64,000 bases of DNA from the human T2T-CHM13v2.0 reference genome, Homo sapiens: NCBI RefSeq assembly GCF_009914755.1, contig NC_060938.1; one strand, written 5' to 3'. The notes under the pieces are model-generated. The model was not told the origin of the DNA, did not search any database, and worked only from the letters and a program-made list of their open reading frames with translations. Shown piece by piece: positions 15,666-30,846 of this stretch. How positions within the stretch are numbered: position 1 is the first letter of the stretch; the number at the start of each line of letters is the position of its first letter. The translations under genes and the position numbers were made by a program.

Positions 15666-18600
15666 TTGGATAGCCTGGCCAGGGGTGACAGTGCTAGGTG
15701 TGTGTGTGGTGGTGGTGGTGGGGGGGGCGTGGTGAGCAATAGGGGTTTGGACAGTTTAGGACTCCAGGGTGAAGCTTAGCTCATGGGGCGTAGGGGATGG
15801 ATCCATTCTATGTGTGGCTTGCCTCTACCTACCCCTAGAACCCTGTTTCTTCTAAAAGGGAAGCAAATCTAAGGGAAAAATCTAGTCTGTCCCTGGACCT
15901 AAAATAAATACATAAATAAATAAATAATAAAAGAGAAGCAAGAGGCTACAGCTCTGTGGTGGGTCTTTCCCTATCAAGAAGCCTGCCCCTTCCCAGGCCC
16001 TGGGACCTTTCCATTGCTCTCTGAAGTCAGAATTGATGGCCATTTTGATAAAGTTAAGTTGTAGCCATTTTCCTCTGAAAACCCACACCCTCTCCCCTTG
16101 GGGAGAATTTCTCATATGCCACTGAGGTTTTCTGAGGCCAGGCCAGGCCTGCTTATGGAAGCAGCTGACAGAGGTCAGCCAGGGGTTCTGTCCAGCTTGG
16201 GCCACTCCCATTTTGGAGCAGCTCATGCTGAGTCGGGAGGAGGGGTCTGTCTGCGGGGGGTGGGGGGTGCTGGTGAGGGTGATGGGAAGTGACTGGCCTG
16301 TCCGAGAGGAGACGCACAGGCTCTCAGCCAGCCCTGCCTATTGTTGCCTCAGCGTCTCCTGAACAGCCCCCTTCATCCCATAGTCCCCTCACTGGCTTGG
16401 AGCACGGCAGGGGGTGGAGGTGAAGAGGCCCCTTTCCACCCACAACCCCAACCGGGATCTTGCAACACTGGGATGGGGGCCCTGGGGGCCCAGGCATGTG
16501 GCAATCTGTGTAGAGGGGTGGGGAGGTGTGCACCGAGCAGGGGGGTTGGGGGCAGCTTTCACAAGCCACTGCCTCCGCTGACTGACCTTGGCAGACTCAC
16601 CTTGGGCAGCTTCCTCCCTCTGCAGTGTCTCCCCACAGTCTGTCTTCTCCTCTGCAGCTTCCCTGTGGCCTAAGATCCTGTCTCTCAGCTCAGGAGTCTC
16701 ATTCTGCTCCCCAGTTCTGCTCCAGAAAGAAAAGTGGGCCTGAGCTGTGGGCGCTGAAGCAATAGGACTGCATGCGTGTGCTGTTTGGACCTTGATTTGC
16801 TGGTTTTCAAACGTTATCGAGTCCCCGGTCCTGGTGCCTTTCCCCAGGCAGGGTTTGGCTAACTGCCCTTCCCTGGGCTCCTTTCTGTCATCTCCTTCCC
16901 CAGTGGGGACAACCTTACTGTGGTAAAGGTGCCAGGAGGACCAAGGGGCAGGGAAGCTGAATCCAGGGGCAGAGAGAACCCTGCTCTCCACCTGCCCCGG
17001 CTTCTTAGGCACCATCCTCCTTGACAGAGGGAATGAAAATAGTCATTTGCAACCCCTGCAGCCCCATTCTGGAGGGAAGGTGCATCTTTTTCTTACTTAT
17101 CCTCTCCTTCCTTCTTTCATTCAGCATCTACTCCTGGCTTCCTTTCTCTCGGTCACCTTAGGGCTTTTGCATTTACCCTTCCCTCTGTTCACCCTTACAC
17201 TCAAAGACATACCTGCCTCCTTCTCAAAATTTTTGAAGTGTCAACTAAAATGTCACTTCCTCAGAGATACCTTTCTCGGCCACCCCAGCTAAAATAGCCT
17301 CCCTACCTGTTGGTTTATGTGGTTTCCCCAATGGGCTATTCAAATGGAGTAAGCAGGAGAAGTTAATTAAGGTGCTTTATGAAGATGTGAACCAACAGTA
17401 TCTGGGGAAAGTTCCTGGAGTGGTGAAGTCCCCTGGGCTAGCCCAGCACGGGGGGCGCCTGAGGGCCAGGAATCCTTTGGGAGGGACTGTGGAGAGCGCC
17501 GGTCAGCAGGGGGCTCCCACCACTCTCCTCCTGCCAGTCTCACCCCCACCCCATGAGAGGCTGGTTGATGTAGGGAGGCATCCACCTGGGGACTGTGTAG
17601 GGTGATGAAGGGTGGAGAGGGTTCTGGAGGGGCAAAGGAAGACATTCAGCACACTTGTTTATTGACTTTTTCTTCCTACTCCTTCTGCTGAGAACTTGTC
17701 TCATTCCCAGAAAAGATACTCAACAAATACTTGTTGAATAAGTTACGTTGGCCAAAACCAATTGAGGTCAGATTGAAAGCCTCTTTCAGGAAGTGTGCCC
17801 TCTGGCTCTGACTCACACCCCTGGAATATGATCTGATGCAGAGGATTGGGATGTGTTCAGCTGCTGCACGTCACGCTGGGATCACAGTGGGGAGACGGGG
17901 ATGTGACTCCCCCAGACTGGGTGCCAGTCAGGAAGGCTCCACTAGGCACCGGCCCTGAGGACCTGACTGGGTGAGCGGGGGCCTGAGAGGAGAAGCAATT
18001 CAGAGCTGTGGGAACAAAGCCTGGGCTTCATGCTGAAGCAACCCAGGTCCCATCACCCAGAACCTTGAAAGTAAGTCAAGGGACAGTGGTCTTGAGCTGA
18101 GAGGAGGAAATCCGGAGGTTGAGTCATTTACCATGTTCTGTACAAACCCCCCTTATGCAACCTATCCCCCTGGGCTGAAAGGAAGGTGTGAGGATTCTCC
18201 CAGGTGCCCACAGAGACTGGTACCTCCCCTCCTTCTGAACTCAGGAAGCTCCAGTCGGTCCCTCCACTGAAGGTTCAGATCTCTCCCTCCAAACCAGACC
18301 TGGGGCACGGGCCTCCAGGACACAGAGGTGCCCGAGAGACACAGAGGCAAAGGCAGGAAAAGGACTGAGTCCTGGGCAAGGTAGACATGCCGCACACGGA
18401 TGCCCGAGGTGTGGGAGGGCTCTACCGCTGGAGATTTGAAGAAGGGAGAGAGATCTGGGATGATCCAGACACCAGTCTCTCACCTTCTCAGAAAATTATT
18501 CCTTGATGTCTGACTCAGCCTTTCACAGCATTGGCTTAGGAGAGACTTTAAGAAGCCCGTAATCTGTCCCTGGGTCCCTGACACTGTTGGGCACTGTTCT

Positions 18601-19054
18601 TTATTGAATGTGATTCATGTGACACTCGTACTGAGGATCTGTGAGAAGAGTGTAGCGTGGAGTAGAGAGACAGGTACCACGTACTGAGGCAGCAAAGGGA
18701 CTCAGTGAGTGTCAGGAGAAGCCTCTTACCCCTCTGGCCCTCAACTGCTTTATCTGTAAAATGTGGCTCACCCTATCTTGCTGGTCTGAGGGCAGAGCCC
18801 ACCAGATGATCTCTTGAGGTCTCTCCCAGCACATCTTGAGATCTGCGATTTTACAGAGCCAATTTTGGTTCTACCTCTAAACAATCGTGTGACTCCAGGT
18901 AAGTCCCTTCCCCTCTTTGCAGCCTGTTTTCTTACCTGCAAAATGAGTTTAGATGAGATCTCTGAGGTCCTTTCAGTTCCAGCAAAATGGAGGAATCATA
19001 ATAAATATGCTTATTACATGCAAAGTTTTCTTTTTCTATGAATATAACAACACT

Positions 19055-19185
19055 ACGGAGTGGGGACAAATATTGCAACCATTTTGCAGATGAGGAAACT
19101 GAGGCACAGAAAGACATAATGGCTCAAGGCTCACAGCTAGTAAGTAGCAGTGTAAGATTCAAACTGAGGCTCTTAATTATTGTAC
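19055..19185 (+). mobile_element. MIR
   Basis: Core attttgcagatgaggaaactgaggcacaga...ctcacagctagtaagt. Confidence 0.75.
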
Positions 19186-19899
19186 CATTCTGTCTCTTAG
19201 GCTGTAGTCCAATGCAAAAGAAAATGCTGTTTCGAATGATGGGTTTCCCTGGCACGGGCAGATTGTCATCCTCCTTCTCACTACCAGTGTTCTCATACAC
19301 AAATCCGGTCTCCAGGTCTTTCCCAACCGATTCCTGTCCCATGCACTCAATTCTCAAGCTTTAGGGAACTGGAGCCTCAGGGATGAGGGACAAAGGATGG
19401 AAATGAATGGGTGGGAGCAGCGTGGGGAGGGTGTCCATCTGGTAGACTGAGGCTTTGGAACTGGAGAGAAGAGATGGCGGGCTGGATCAAGGGACCATAA
19501 ATATGGCAGAGCCATCAGGAATTTTCCCATGGTCACCTGGGGCAGGAGCTCCCAGACCTATACCTCAAGGTGAGAGAGAGTGGGCCTGGGATCAGCAGGC
19601 CTGGGCATGAAGGACTGTGTGGTGCCGGGATCTCCCTACAAGCTGAAGATCTTTGTTAGCAGAGCATACAAAGGTGCTCCAGGTCCTGTGGGGGGCGGGG
19701 ATGTGCCTTCAGCTCACAGAAGGGGGTGATGGGGGATGTCAGGGAGAGAAGAGCAGAGTGACAGATACACGGCCTGGCTGTGTGGTATATTGGGGGTGGG
19801 CTGTGGACAGCATGTCTGTGTTTCCACATGTCCACTTGGTCATGGAAACAAGAGGTGCAGACCTAGCCACATGCATCCTCTGTCCCCAGGGTCCTCCAT

Positions 19900-19900
<1 letters not shown>

Positions 19901-19945
<45 letters not shown>
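19901..19945. repeat. (AC)22 microsatellite
   Basis: Seen directly. Confidence 0.97.
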
Positions 19946-19946
<1 letters not shown>

Positions 19947-19978
19947 CCAACAGTCCCAACACCCAGTCACAGTGCAAC

Positions 19979-19984
19979 TTTATT
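19979..19984 (-). terminator. CEBPE poly(A) signal
   Basis: AATAAA on - about 160 nt after the stop codon. Confidence 0.8.
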
Positions 19985-20142
19985 CAGCCATATAATCATT
20001 ATGCTGGGTCCTGCCCTCTTTGCCACCCCGGTTGCCATTTATCCATGGTCTATGTCTCAGGGTTCTAGGCCCCCAGCAGGATGGGGGTCCGCAGAGTTAG
20101 GCCGTGCCAGGGAGCCTGGTGCCCACAATCCACCAGCCAGCC

Positions 20143-20577
<435 letters not shown>

Positions 20578-20714
20578 TCAAAGGAATACAGGACTCAGAG
20601 CCAGCTCCTGTCTCTCAGGTCAAAACTATCATCGCTCTGCTTCTGGGAGATGGTGACCCAGATGCACAGGGTCCTCTACTTGAGACCAAAACTCCCTTTC
20701 ATGTTCTCACACTT

Positions 20715-20850
20715 TCTTTCTTTCTTTTTTTGTAAAGATGGAGCCTTGCTATGTTGTCCAGGCTGGTCTCCAACCCCTGGCCTTAAGCGAACCTCCTGCT
20801 TTGGCCTCCCAAAGCGCTGGGATTACAGGCATGAGCCACGACACCCAGCC
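20715..20850 (-). mobile_element. FLAM/Alu monomer in the CEBPE intron
   Basis: Left-monomer sequence flanked by ctcacactttct duplication. Confidence 0.8.
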
Positions 20851-21153
20851 AATGCTCTCACACTTTCTGAGTACACTTTCCCTCAATCTGCCTTGAGTCT
20901 CCCGTTCTATGACCAGTAGACATTTCTCACAGAAGCAGGCGGCAGAGAAACAAGAGGAGGGGGCATGGTGAGCAGCAGAGAGGCTGGCGGTGGGGGCCTG
21001 ATATCAAGTAGGTCAGCTTGCCACAGGGGCTTTGGGTGGGGATTCAGGGTGGGAATGAATTCACAGAGAAGGAAAGGGAGGTCATGGTGGGGTGTGAACA
21101 CAGAGGACTGTGGGTTGGGTCCATTTCACAGAGCGACACCAAGCACAGGCTCA

Positions 21154-21867
<714 letters not shown>

Positions 21868-21879
21868 CTAGACCTGCCC

Positions 21880-22030
21880 TCTGCAGTCTCCTCTGTCACC
21901 CACTCCTGTGTGGCCTCTCTCCCCCCTCTGCTCTGCTTCCTTTTCCTTCCTCTGTAGTCAATGCCTCTCTTCTCTTCCCTTTTTTCCCCTCTCTCCCCTT
22001 GGGGTGACTCAGGGAGGGGCAGGACACACC
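21880..22030 (-). promoter_or_regulatory. CEBPE TATA-less purine-rich proximal promoter
   Basis: GA-rich tract on - with several GGAA(G) ETS cores; AP-1 TGACTCA at 22005-22011. Confidence 0.55.
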
Positions 22031-23587
22031 CCAGAGGGAGAGATGTAAGCCTTAGAGAAAGGCGACTCCTGGCCTATTCAGCAGTTGGGGACACTCCTTG
22101 GTCAGGGACCAAGCCAGGGTTCTGGAGATGCCCGAAGCTGATGCTTCTGGGAATGCCTCTCCACTCCCTGCTGGGAGCCCAGGGGACTCCAAATCCTCGC
22201 AGAGGGCAACACCCCACTCTGAGCAACCTCCTCCCTCCGACTTTGAAAAAGTTCTATGCAGAATGAGGTTCCAAGTTAGAGTGAAGAGAGAAAGCCCTCT
22301 TCCAGTGCCTACCCTCAGTTGGGTCTCACCTCCTCCCTTGACACGCCTTCCTCTGGCTCTCCCCTGCTGCTGGGCTCCACCTACCCCCAAGAGAAAGTTT
22401 CTTTTGTAGCCCCACCTCCCAGAGCATTCTCTGAGTGTAGGCCAGGGTTTGTTTTTTGAGGGGTCTAGGGAGTAGTGATAGGTCCTAGGAACAAGCTCTA
22501 CACGCGAGCCTGCGTGGTGCTCCAGAGCATGCTCATTTGCTAGGTTTTTGCACAGGAGCTGTGCAATAGCCCACATGTTAGTGCGTTTCCAGCCCTAGCT
22601 ACCTCTAGCAGCCTGGTACACTTCCTAACTCCCTGGGCTTGGCCAAAGCACCTGGTCAGGACTTGGGCCTTGCACCGCAGGCCTAGGCAGGTTGCTGCCC
22701 TCGGAGTAGACAGCCATAATCCTCCGGTGGCTCCAGCACTTCTCTCTTCCAGCTGCTCTGTGCTGCAAGAGGCTCAGGCTGGTGCTTCGCCCCTCACCCT
22801 GGGCCTGAGGCTCTGCCTCTGGTTTCCTGTGCCTGGGCTGCAGGGCTTAGGAGCTTGCTGCAGCTCGTTTGCTGTCTTTCCTTTTGCATGGCCGCTCTCT
22901 GATCTCCAATGCGTGTCTCTTGGGTCTACTTCCTCTTGTGAGGTTTGAGAAGCCTCTTATGTCATCACCTCTTCCTGGGGCTCTGTTTTAGGGTCTCCAG
23001 GAGAAGCCCATGGCTCCCTCTCTGCAATTCTTGGTTCTGTGCTGGCTCTCCTCTTCCCTTTTCTCTTTCCTTTGGGAACTCCCCACTACCTCCTTTCAGA
23101 GACACCTGCTCTGGTACTGCTTTTACCTGTTGAATTTCATCTCCAAAAGGGATTGTAGGTCCAGTTGGGGGGGGGGGGAAGGACACATAGAAATGTTACT
23201 GACTCTTTTATGACCAGCAAGTGCTATGGGTGCCCCAGAGGGACCAGAAGTTTTTGTAAGTTGGGCCAAACAAGGGGTGGTTCACTGTGAGTGGGCCACA
23301 GTAGGACAAGTGCAGAGAGGATGTGTGTCGCATTGAACATTAAAATTTTAAAAATGCATATTCTGATTAGCATATTCCGGTTAGCATATTCCTTACATCC
23401 TCCCTACCCCAACACCTACCCCAGATGCTCTCTGTGCATGACTTGAGACATGGCCAGATATGCTTTATCTGAAAGCACAGTGACCTGGTGTGGGGAGATC
23501 TGCGTGTAACCCAGAGACAGATGTCAGGAATTAGGGAGATTTCTCCATTTCAAAGCTGAGCTCTCAGTTTGGTGGCAGTGCTTGTGT

Positions 23588-23605
23588 TGACCACCAGGTG
23601 GCAAT
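23588..23605 (+). promoter_or_regulatory. CTCF motif
   Basis: TGACCACCAGGTGGCAAT, close to the CTCF core consensus. Confidence 0.65.
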
Positions 23606-25206
23606 ATTGGCCCCAATATTTCGGACTCGGAGGGCTGCTGTGGTCCGGACTCAGGTGGACAGCAGAGGGCAGCCTCTCACAGCGCTGGCTCTCGGCAGGC
23701 TCCTGCGGGGCATCTGGAAGGAGGAAGAGGAAACCTGGCTGGGATGGGGTCTTGCAGTGCAGTTCCAGGGAGAATGAGCAGCCTGCCAGTACTGGGTCCA
23801 GGGCCTTGTCTCCATGAGGAGAAATTCTGTTCCCTCCCCTACTTTGAAATAATGATAATGAATAGGCCTTGTGCTTTCTGATAAATTAATGCTTTTTCAA
23901 TCCTTGAAACCTACACTTTTTCATGCTCTTTCCCTGTGGGTTATGCGGGAAGGTAGGCAAGGCAGACAGTATTTTTATTCCTACTTTATAAACAGGGAAA
24001 ACAAGGCTGAGAGGCTGAGCTACCCAAGGTCATCCAAGGAGGATGCCTGGTTCGTCTCTGGCTGAAAGGATGGGAAGGGGTTGCTATGTGACTCGGAGAA
24101 CCTTCCTGGCCCTCATTTGGCCACCGTGGGGAGGGGGAAGTCTGCATCAGTAGCTTCAGTGAACTGGGCACAGGAGGATGTGGGAGGTATGCAAACAGAG
24201 CCGCAGGAAATGAGAAAGTCAGCAGCTTTAGCCATGGTGAGATAAATCTCTGCCCTGGCCTCCCCGGCTAGTGCTGACGTTGCTGGCATGCTGACCTCAG
24301 TGTTTCCCAGTAACAGGGGTTTGGCTGGGGCAGGCAGGGCTCTGGATGTCAGGGTAGGGTAGGGGGAGCTCTGGACAGGAAGGGGAGCTCTGGACAGGAA
24401 TGGGAGGTGGGGAGGGCAGTGCCAGTCAGCGGCTGGGGGATTCTTGCTCAGGAGAGGAAAGAAGCTCTGCCGGGTCAGCAGGATCATTTTTCCTTGGCCA
24501 CTGCAGTTACTACCTCTTTGGATTAACTGAAATGATGCATGTTTGTTATCTTAGTGACTTTGTAACAGGCCTCCTTCCAGTGCCACCTCCTTGGTGAATC
24601 AAGACTTTCCCAGTAGGAAGGTAACTGAGCATGGCTGTGAAGTGTTAAGGGAGAACTGGGCTCAAATCTGGCCTCCGTCACTGACCAGCTCCATGACCCT
24701 GGCAAGTTACTTAATCTTCCTTGCAAGGTGGCAGTAGTAATACCTCCTTCATAGGGTTGTTTAATTTAAACTGTGAATAACATAATGTATGTCATGCATC
24801 TGGTCTTAGTAAATGTGAAGTCTCCTTCTTCTCTTCCTCTGACCTCTCATTGCAGTTTTATCTGTGTCTCCTAAACAGACACTACCTGCTGCCTGGTGTG
24901 GTGCGTCAGTTTGACAAACATTTTTGAGCATATAGGTACTCATGGGGCACTGCATGGGGTCTGGGGATGTGTTGGGTTTAGCCCTCGCCAGTAGGGCTCA
25001 CTGCCCAGCAGGAAGGCCCACAGGCAGTGGTTCCAACAAGGCATGGGTGGTCTGTAGAGCCAGGAAGCGCACACATATGTGTGCCGTGCGTATCCTTGGC
25101 TTCGTTCCCCTGGCAAACTATTTGCTCTTTGAGGGTAGGGTCAGTTACATCTTTTGGACCTCTTCAACTATGGTGACCATATTTCCTGAATTAAAATGAA
25201 GGACAG

Positions 25207-25539
<333 letters not shown>

Positions 25540-26942
25540 TTATGGAGACAATGGAAGAAAATATTTGAAGTCTGTGCTGACTTAGAAAAATCAGGAAAAA
25601 ATTTGCTATTTCCACAGCATATAGCAAAGTCTTTGACAGAATGGTCACAGAAAGATTTGTCGTGTGACCACATTAATAAATGAATGCATAAGCAGCTACA
25701 ATTTCAGTGACTTTCAAAATGTTCCCAAATTCCCTGAAGTCAGAGCATGTGAAACTCCTAGGATTAAAGTGACTGGCAGGGTTAAGACGGGAAATGGCCA
25801 GGTTAAAAGTAAATGTTTGTTGCCCAGGAGGAGACCCACATTTGCCCATTTGACCAGGTTGAAAAGATCAGCAGGTGTCACAGAAAGAGAAGGTGCTCCT
25901 GAAGGACAAGTGCCTTCATGGAGTAGAAGGGATGAGGGACAGGACATGCTCAAATGGGGCAACAGGGAGGAGCCTGGGGCAGTCCAGGGAAAGGAAAGGT
26001 GTGTGTGCTGGGAAAGAGGGGCCCAAAGGGCACATGTGAGGCTTGGACAAGACTGGCCGCCTCTGCCTTTTGGGACAACCTAAAGTTGGAAGATTGAGGA
26101 ACTGTTTGAGATTAGGTCCAGCTCTCTTTCTTTCTCAAAATGCTAAGCAGGTGAGGTGACTTGCCCAAGGACACACAGCTGTTGAGTGGCCCGCCTCCCA
26201 GCTCAGCGTCCCTGTTGAATGGCGAGCTTCCAGCCTGTCTGGAAGAATGACAGCCACAAAGCAGGAGTGTTGGCGTCAGGCCAGGACTGGGAGTGGCGGC
26301 ATCTTGCCTGCCTGTGTCCTCACAGTGTTCCAGATGGTGAAGGGTGATGTCTTAACACCACTGCCCCTCCACCACCCCCTTACTCCCGCCCTTGCCCTAC
26401 ATCTGCCAGCAGTGCTGGCTCTGGAATGGTACTGTCCCAGGACACGCAGCCAGGAGGGCGGCCCATAAAGACAGGGACACAAAGCAAGGACTGGGGCTAA
26501 TCCCATCAACTTCCTCTAGCAGTTAGCCCAAAATGCCAGGAAGTACTTATACATACCTTAACGACTTTTTCCTTTTTCCCCTGTCCTAGTCCAGTGGTCC
26601 TCCTACTCTTCCTCCTAGAGCTAACTCTTCTTCTCAGATGGCTCTGTCCAGCTGAGTGAACCTAGCCTTACCTCCCAGGCCCTCCCATCAAGCTCCTCAG
26701 ACCCTGACTCTCTCCACAGACTCGGCTCAGGCTGTGCTGATGAGAGAAGCCTTTGCTGATCAGGCTTTGGGAGGACATCTGCCTTTGCCTCCCTCAACTT
26801 GGCTGGATGCCATCTCTCCCTTGCCCATGTCCCACCCTGGGCAATGTTGACTTCTTCCCAGTTAGTCTGCAGGCTTTCAGTACGGTGCACAGAGCAGGAA
26901 CTTAATAACACTTCATGACTCCAAGAAGGAGTGAGACAGTGT

Positions 26943-27759
<817 letters not shown>

Positions 27760-27962
27760 TTTTTGGTTCAGAATGAGAGTCAGTGGTTTGAATGCACTGG
27801 CATTGAGTCCCTAGGATAGCTAGAAGTTACAGAGAGCGAGAGCTTTTAGGAATGTCATTCTGGAAGGAACCTGGCAAGATCTCCTAAGAGGAAATGCCTG
27901 GTGACTCTGTCTCAAAAGGTTACTTAATTACCAACACCACCAACTTCATTTCCATTTTAAAT

Positions 27963-27968
27963 TTTATT
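27963..27968 (-). terminator. SLC7A8 poly(A) signal (3'UTR about 1.9 kb)
   Basis: AATAAA on - after a U-rich distal UTR, followed by GU-rich sequence. Confidence 0.7.
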
Positions 27969-29826
27969 ACATCAAAAGAAAAAAACCTCTCCACAAAACA
28001 AATCTCTAAAACCTACACCAAACGAAAGAAATTATCATTAAGGTTCTAACTCCATCCCCCAAAACAACCTTACATTAAAAAAAATCCAAAAGAAATAGAA
28101 ATACCAGCTTCAAAAATATTTATCCAAAAAGTAAGGCATCAACTTTACAAAAAAATAATTGAAGGAGGGGAGGAAGTTGGAGGAATGAGAAAAGAGGGAA
28201 TAAGAAGATGGTCCCCTGACCCTCCAGGGGCCAACCCCAGCCTGCCGGGCATCTACTCTGAAGGGGTCACAACTCAGACCAAACTTGGCATCTCACCAAC
28301 TATGGGGTGGGCAAGCTGGGCGGGGAAGCTGGGAGACACCATCCAGGCCAGGAAGGGCTCCTGTGTATTCCAGTTTAAGCAGACAGAATTCGGGGTGGGG
28401 GAGAGAATCCCGATTTGTGATAAAAGGATCCTAAGTCCTTAGTGCAGCAGGAGTGGCTGGGAAGGTTGCAGGGCCCACAGCAAACTCCATAGCCTTCCTT
28501 TGAAGCCCAGGGAAAGGTCAGAGGCTGCCAGCCACAGAGGAGGGCCTTTTTTGAGGATCTCCAGAGTGGGCGCCCTGCTGCCACTACCCTTTCACCCTGC
28601 CCCAAGACAGCATGACACTGAGACCTGCGAGGAGTGGGGGATTATTGGAGTTGGGGATGGATGGGAAAGGAACTGGGCTTCAGCCAATGCTCTCCTCAGT
28701 CTCCCAGGGTATGGAATGGGCACCTCTAGGGAGGGGGAAAGCACCCTTCCTCCCAGGGAAGGCATTTAATATCAGATCCGTCCTGAGGGTTAGAAATAGG
28801 GGAGTATTTTTAGGCCAAGTTCTTGGATGGGAGGTGACTTAAGGCTGATCTGGCTCTGATCTCAGGCCTGAAGGGCTTGGGGATCCTTCGTACCTGGTCC
28901 CAAGCCAAGGCCCAGAGAGGAGAAGTGCACGGTGGGGGCGGTGGTGCTGGCTGTGTGCGGGTGTGCTGGGAGTGGCTGCAGGGATAGCAGGGGACTGCTC
29001 CTTCCTGCGGCGGGCAGGTGGAGTTGCTGAGCAGCTTCGTCATTAGGAGAGAGATGCCCACTACCTTAAAAATCAGAAGCTTTTTGGCTTCTGGAAGCTT
29101 TGGCACCATGTTGGGGGCTGGATGCAGGAGGCAGGGGCAGGGCTGGGTTTCTGCAATCTGAGCCTTTCTCAATATGTTCCTCAACCGCCTGGCTTGGGGG
29201 TGGAGAGGCTGTTCTTCTCCTTGGTCCTTAGCTCTGGGAGTTGGCGTCCTGAGGAGAACCGAATTCTGGACAGGGAGCCCTGGCTGGGGTGGGTGCAGGT
29301 ATGATGGGGAGGGGCAGGAAAGAGGGCAGAGGGAAGCATCCCCTTGGATTTTGGGTCCCTGGTGAACAGATAGGGTCTTGGGTCTCTCCAGCTGACCCCT
29401 TGATGGGGACAGAATTGCTTGAGCCTGTCCCCCCACAATGCAGCTCCTGTGGCCTCTCCTCTCTGAAGGGGCCTCCCTGGGAGGGAAGGCAGTAATGAGC
29501 TCCGGTTCCTGAAGAGGCAGCTGAGGGTGTGGCCCGGAGGGAGGTCCTGCAGGGCACCTTGGCATCTCCCCTCTCCTCCAGCAGCTGGGAGTGTGGGCAG
29601 CACTGGAGTGGGGCCTGGGACATGGACCCTGGGGTGAGAGGCTGGTTCTTTGGGTATGAATGTCAGTTTTTGTTTACAATTTCTCACCACCCACACCAAA
29701 GTCCTACCACTGCCTGACAAAAGCAGAGAGAGGGGTGTGTGTGTACTCGCATGTGTTGGCGGGACCAAGGCAGGGAGGTAGGATAAAAGGGGGAGGAAGG
29801 AGAGAGTAGCCAGGGAATGGTGGTCC

Positions 29827-29993
29827 TCAGGGCTGGGGCTGCCCCGCCACGTCCTTGTCCTTCGTGGGAGTGGGTTGGTACATGGGCTGCTGCTGCTCCT
29901 CCATGTCCTCATTAGCCTCCTCTGTCCCTGAGCCCCGCTCCACCTCGGGGTACACGACCACACACATCTTCTGGCTCACCAGGGTTAGCAGCT
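29827..29993 (-). CDS. SLC7A8: LAT2 large neutral amino acid transporter light chain, last exon (11)
   Basis: cctacag|(E)[22 protein letters not shown]...VAGQPQP*. Confidence 0.95.
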
Positions 29994-30289
29994 CTGTAGG
30001 AAGAGATCACACAGAAACCAGGCCAATGCTGAGTATCCCACCAACCTGGCCAAGTGGCCCCAGCCCTTCCTGGCTCTCCTGCTCCAGGTTCTGCCTCTTC
30101 AGAGCAGTCAGTGCGTTGAAGAGAATCCTCGCCACCTGGTCTGCCTCCTGCATCTCCCGCCGGCTACTCTTTGCTTATGAGGGCCCCAGCCTTCCCACCT
30201 TCCCTGTGCCCACTGACCCCTAAGTCCAGGGTCTCCTCTGGTCTCCACCCAGCCTCGGGCAGCTCTCACAGAATGGCTGACAGGTTGCC

Positions 30290-30432
30290 TATTTTATTTA
30301 AAAATTTTTAATAACAGAGATGGAGTCTTGCTATGTCGACCAGGCTGGTCTCAACCTCCTGGGCTCAAGTGATCCTCTGTCTCAGCCTCCCAAAGTGCTG
30401 GGATTACAGGCGTGAGCCACTGTGCCCAGCCC
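30290..30432 (-). mobile_element. FLAM/Alu monomer
   Basis: Left monomer flanked by caggttgcctatt duplication. Confidence 0.8.
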
Positions 30433-30668
30433 AGGTTGCCTATTCTTGCGGGTCTAAGGTCTGTGTGGAAATGCCAGCTGTTCTCTACCCTCAGAGGTCT
30501 CTGGGAAAAGGCATCTGCTTCCCCTGCTCTGGACTCTTCCAGGGCTCTGTGGACTGAGGAGAAGGTGAGCCTAGATCTCCTGGCCCTGGTGGCTCCCCAA
30601 CCCCATCACTGACCACTGCATTCCAGCCCAGGAGGCCCTGAAGCCAGCCAGAGCCTCCAACAACTCAC

Positions 30669-30846
30669 CAATGAAGTCACTGAAACACTTGGGCTTGTGT
30701 TGCCAGTAAACACCCAGGAAATAGACAGGCACTCCTGTCAGCATGATGGCCAGGCCAATGCCACACACCACCGGCTCTGACCACAGGCTGAAGACCAGCA
30801 GGAAGGCCCAGAACAGCAAGTAGATGATGGGGAACAGCAGGTTGAT
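30669..30846 (-). CDS. SLC7A8: SLC7A8 exon 10
   Basis: [31 protein letters not shown]...CFSDFI|gtgagt. Confidence 0.96.

Noticed and set aside
16389-17015. 208-aa minus-strand ORF
   Set aside because: No recognisable domain or exon structure; long ORFs are expected by chance in GC-rich sequence
24363-24400. Perfect 19-bp tandem duplication ggggagctctggacaggaa
   Set aside because: Ordinary slippage-type duplication with no evident function
28810-29963. 251- and 260-aa ORFs in the SLC7A8 last exon/3'UTR
   Set aside because: Pro-rich with no domain. The 260-aa frame cannot be reached by skipping exon 10, because exon 11 read in that phase gives AGC TGC TAA.
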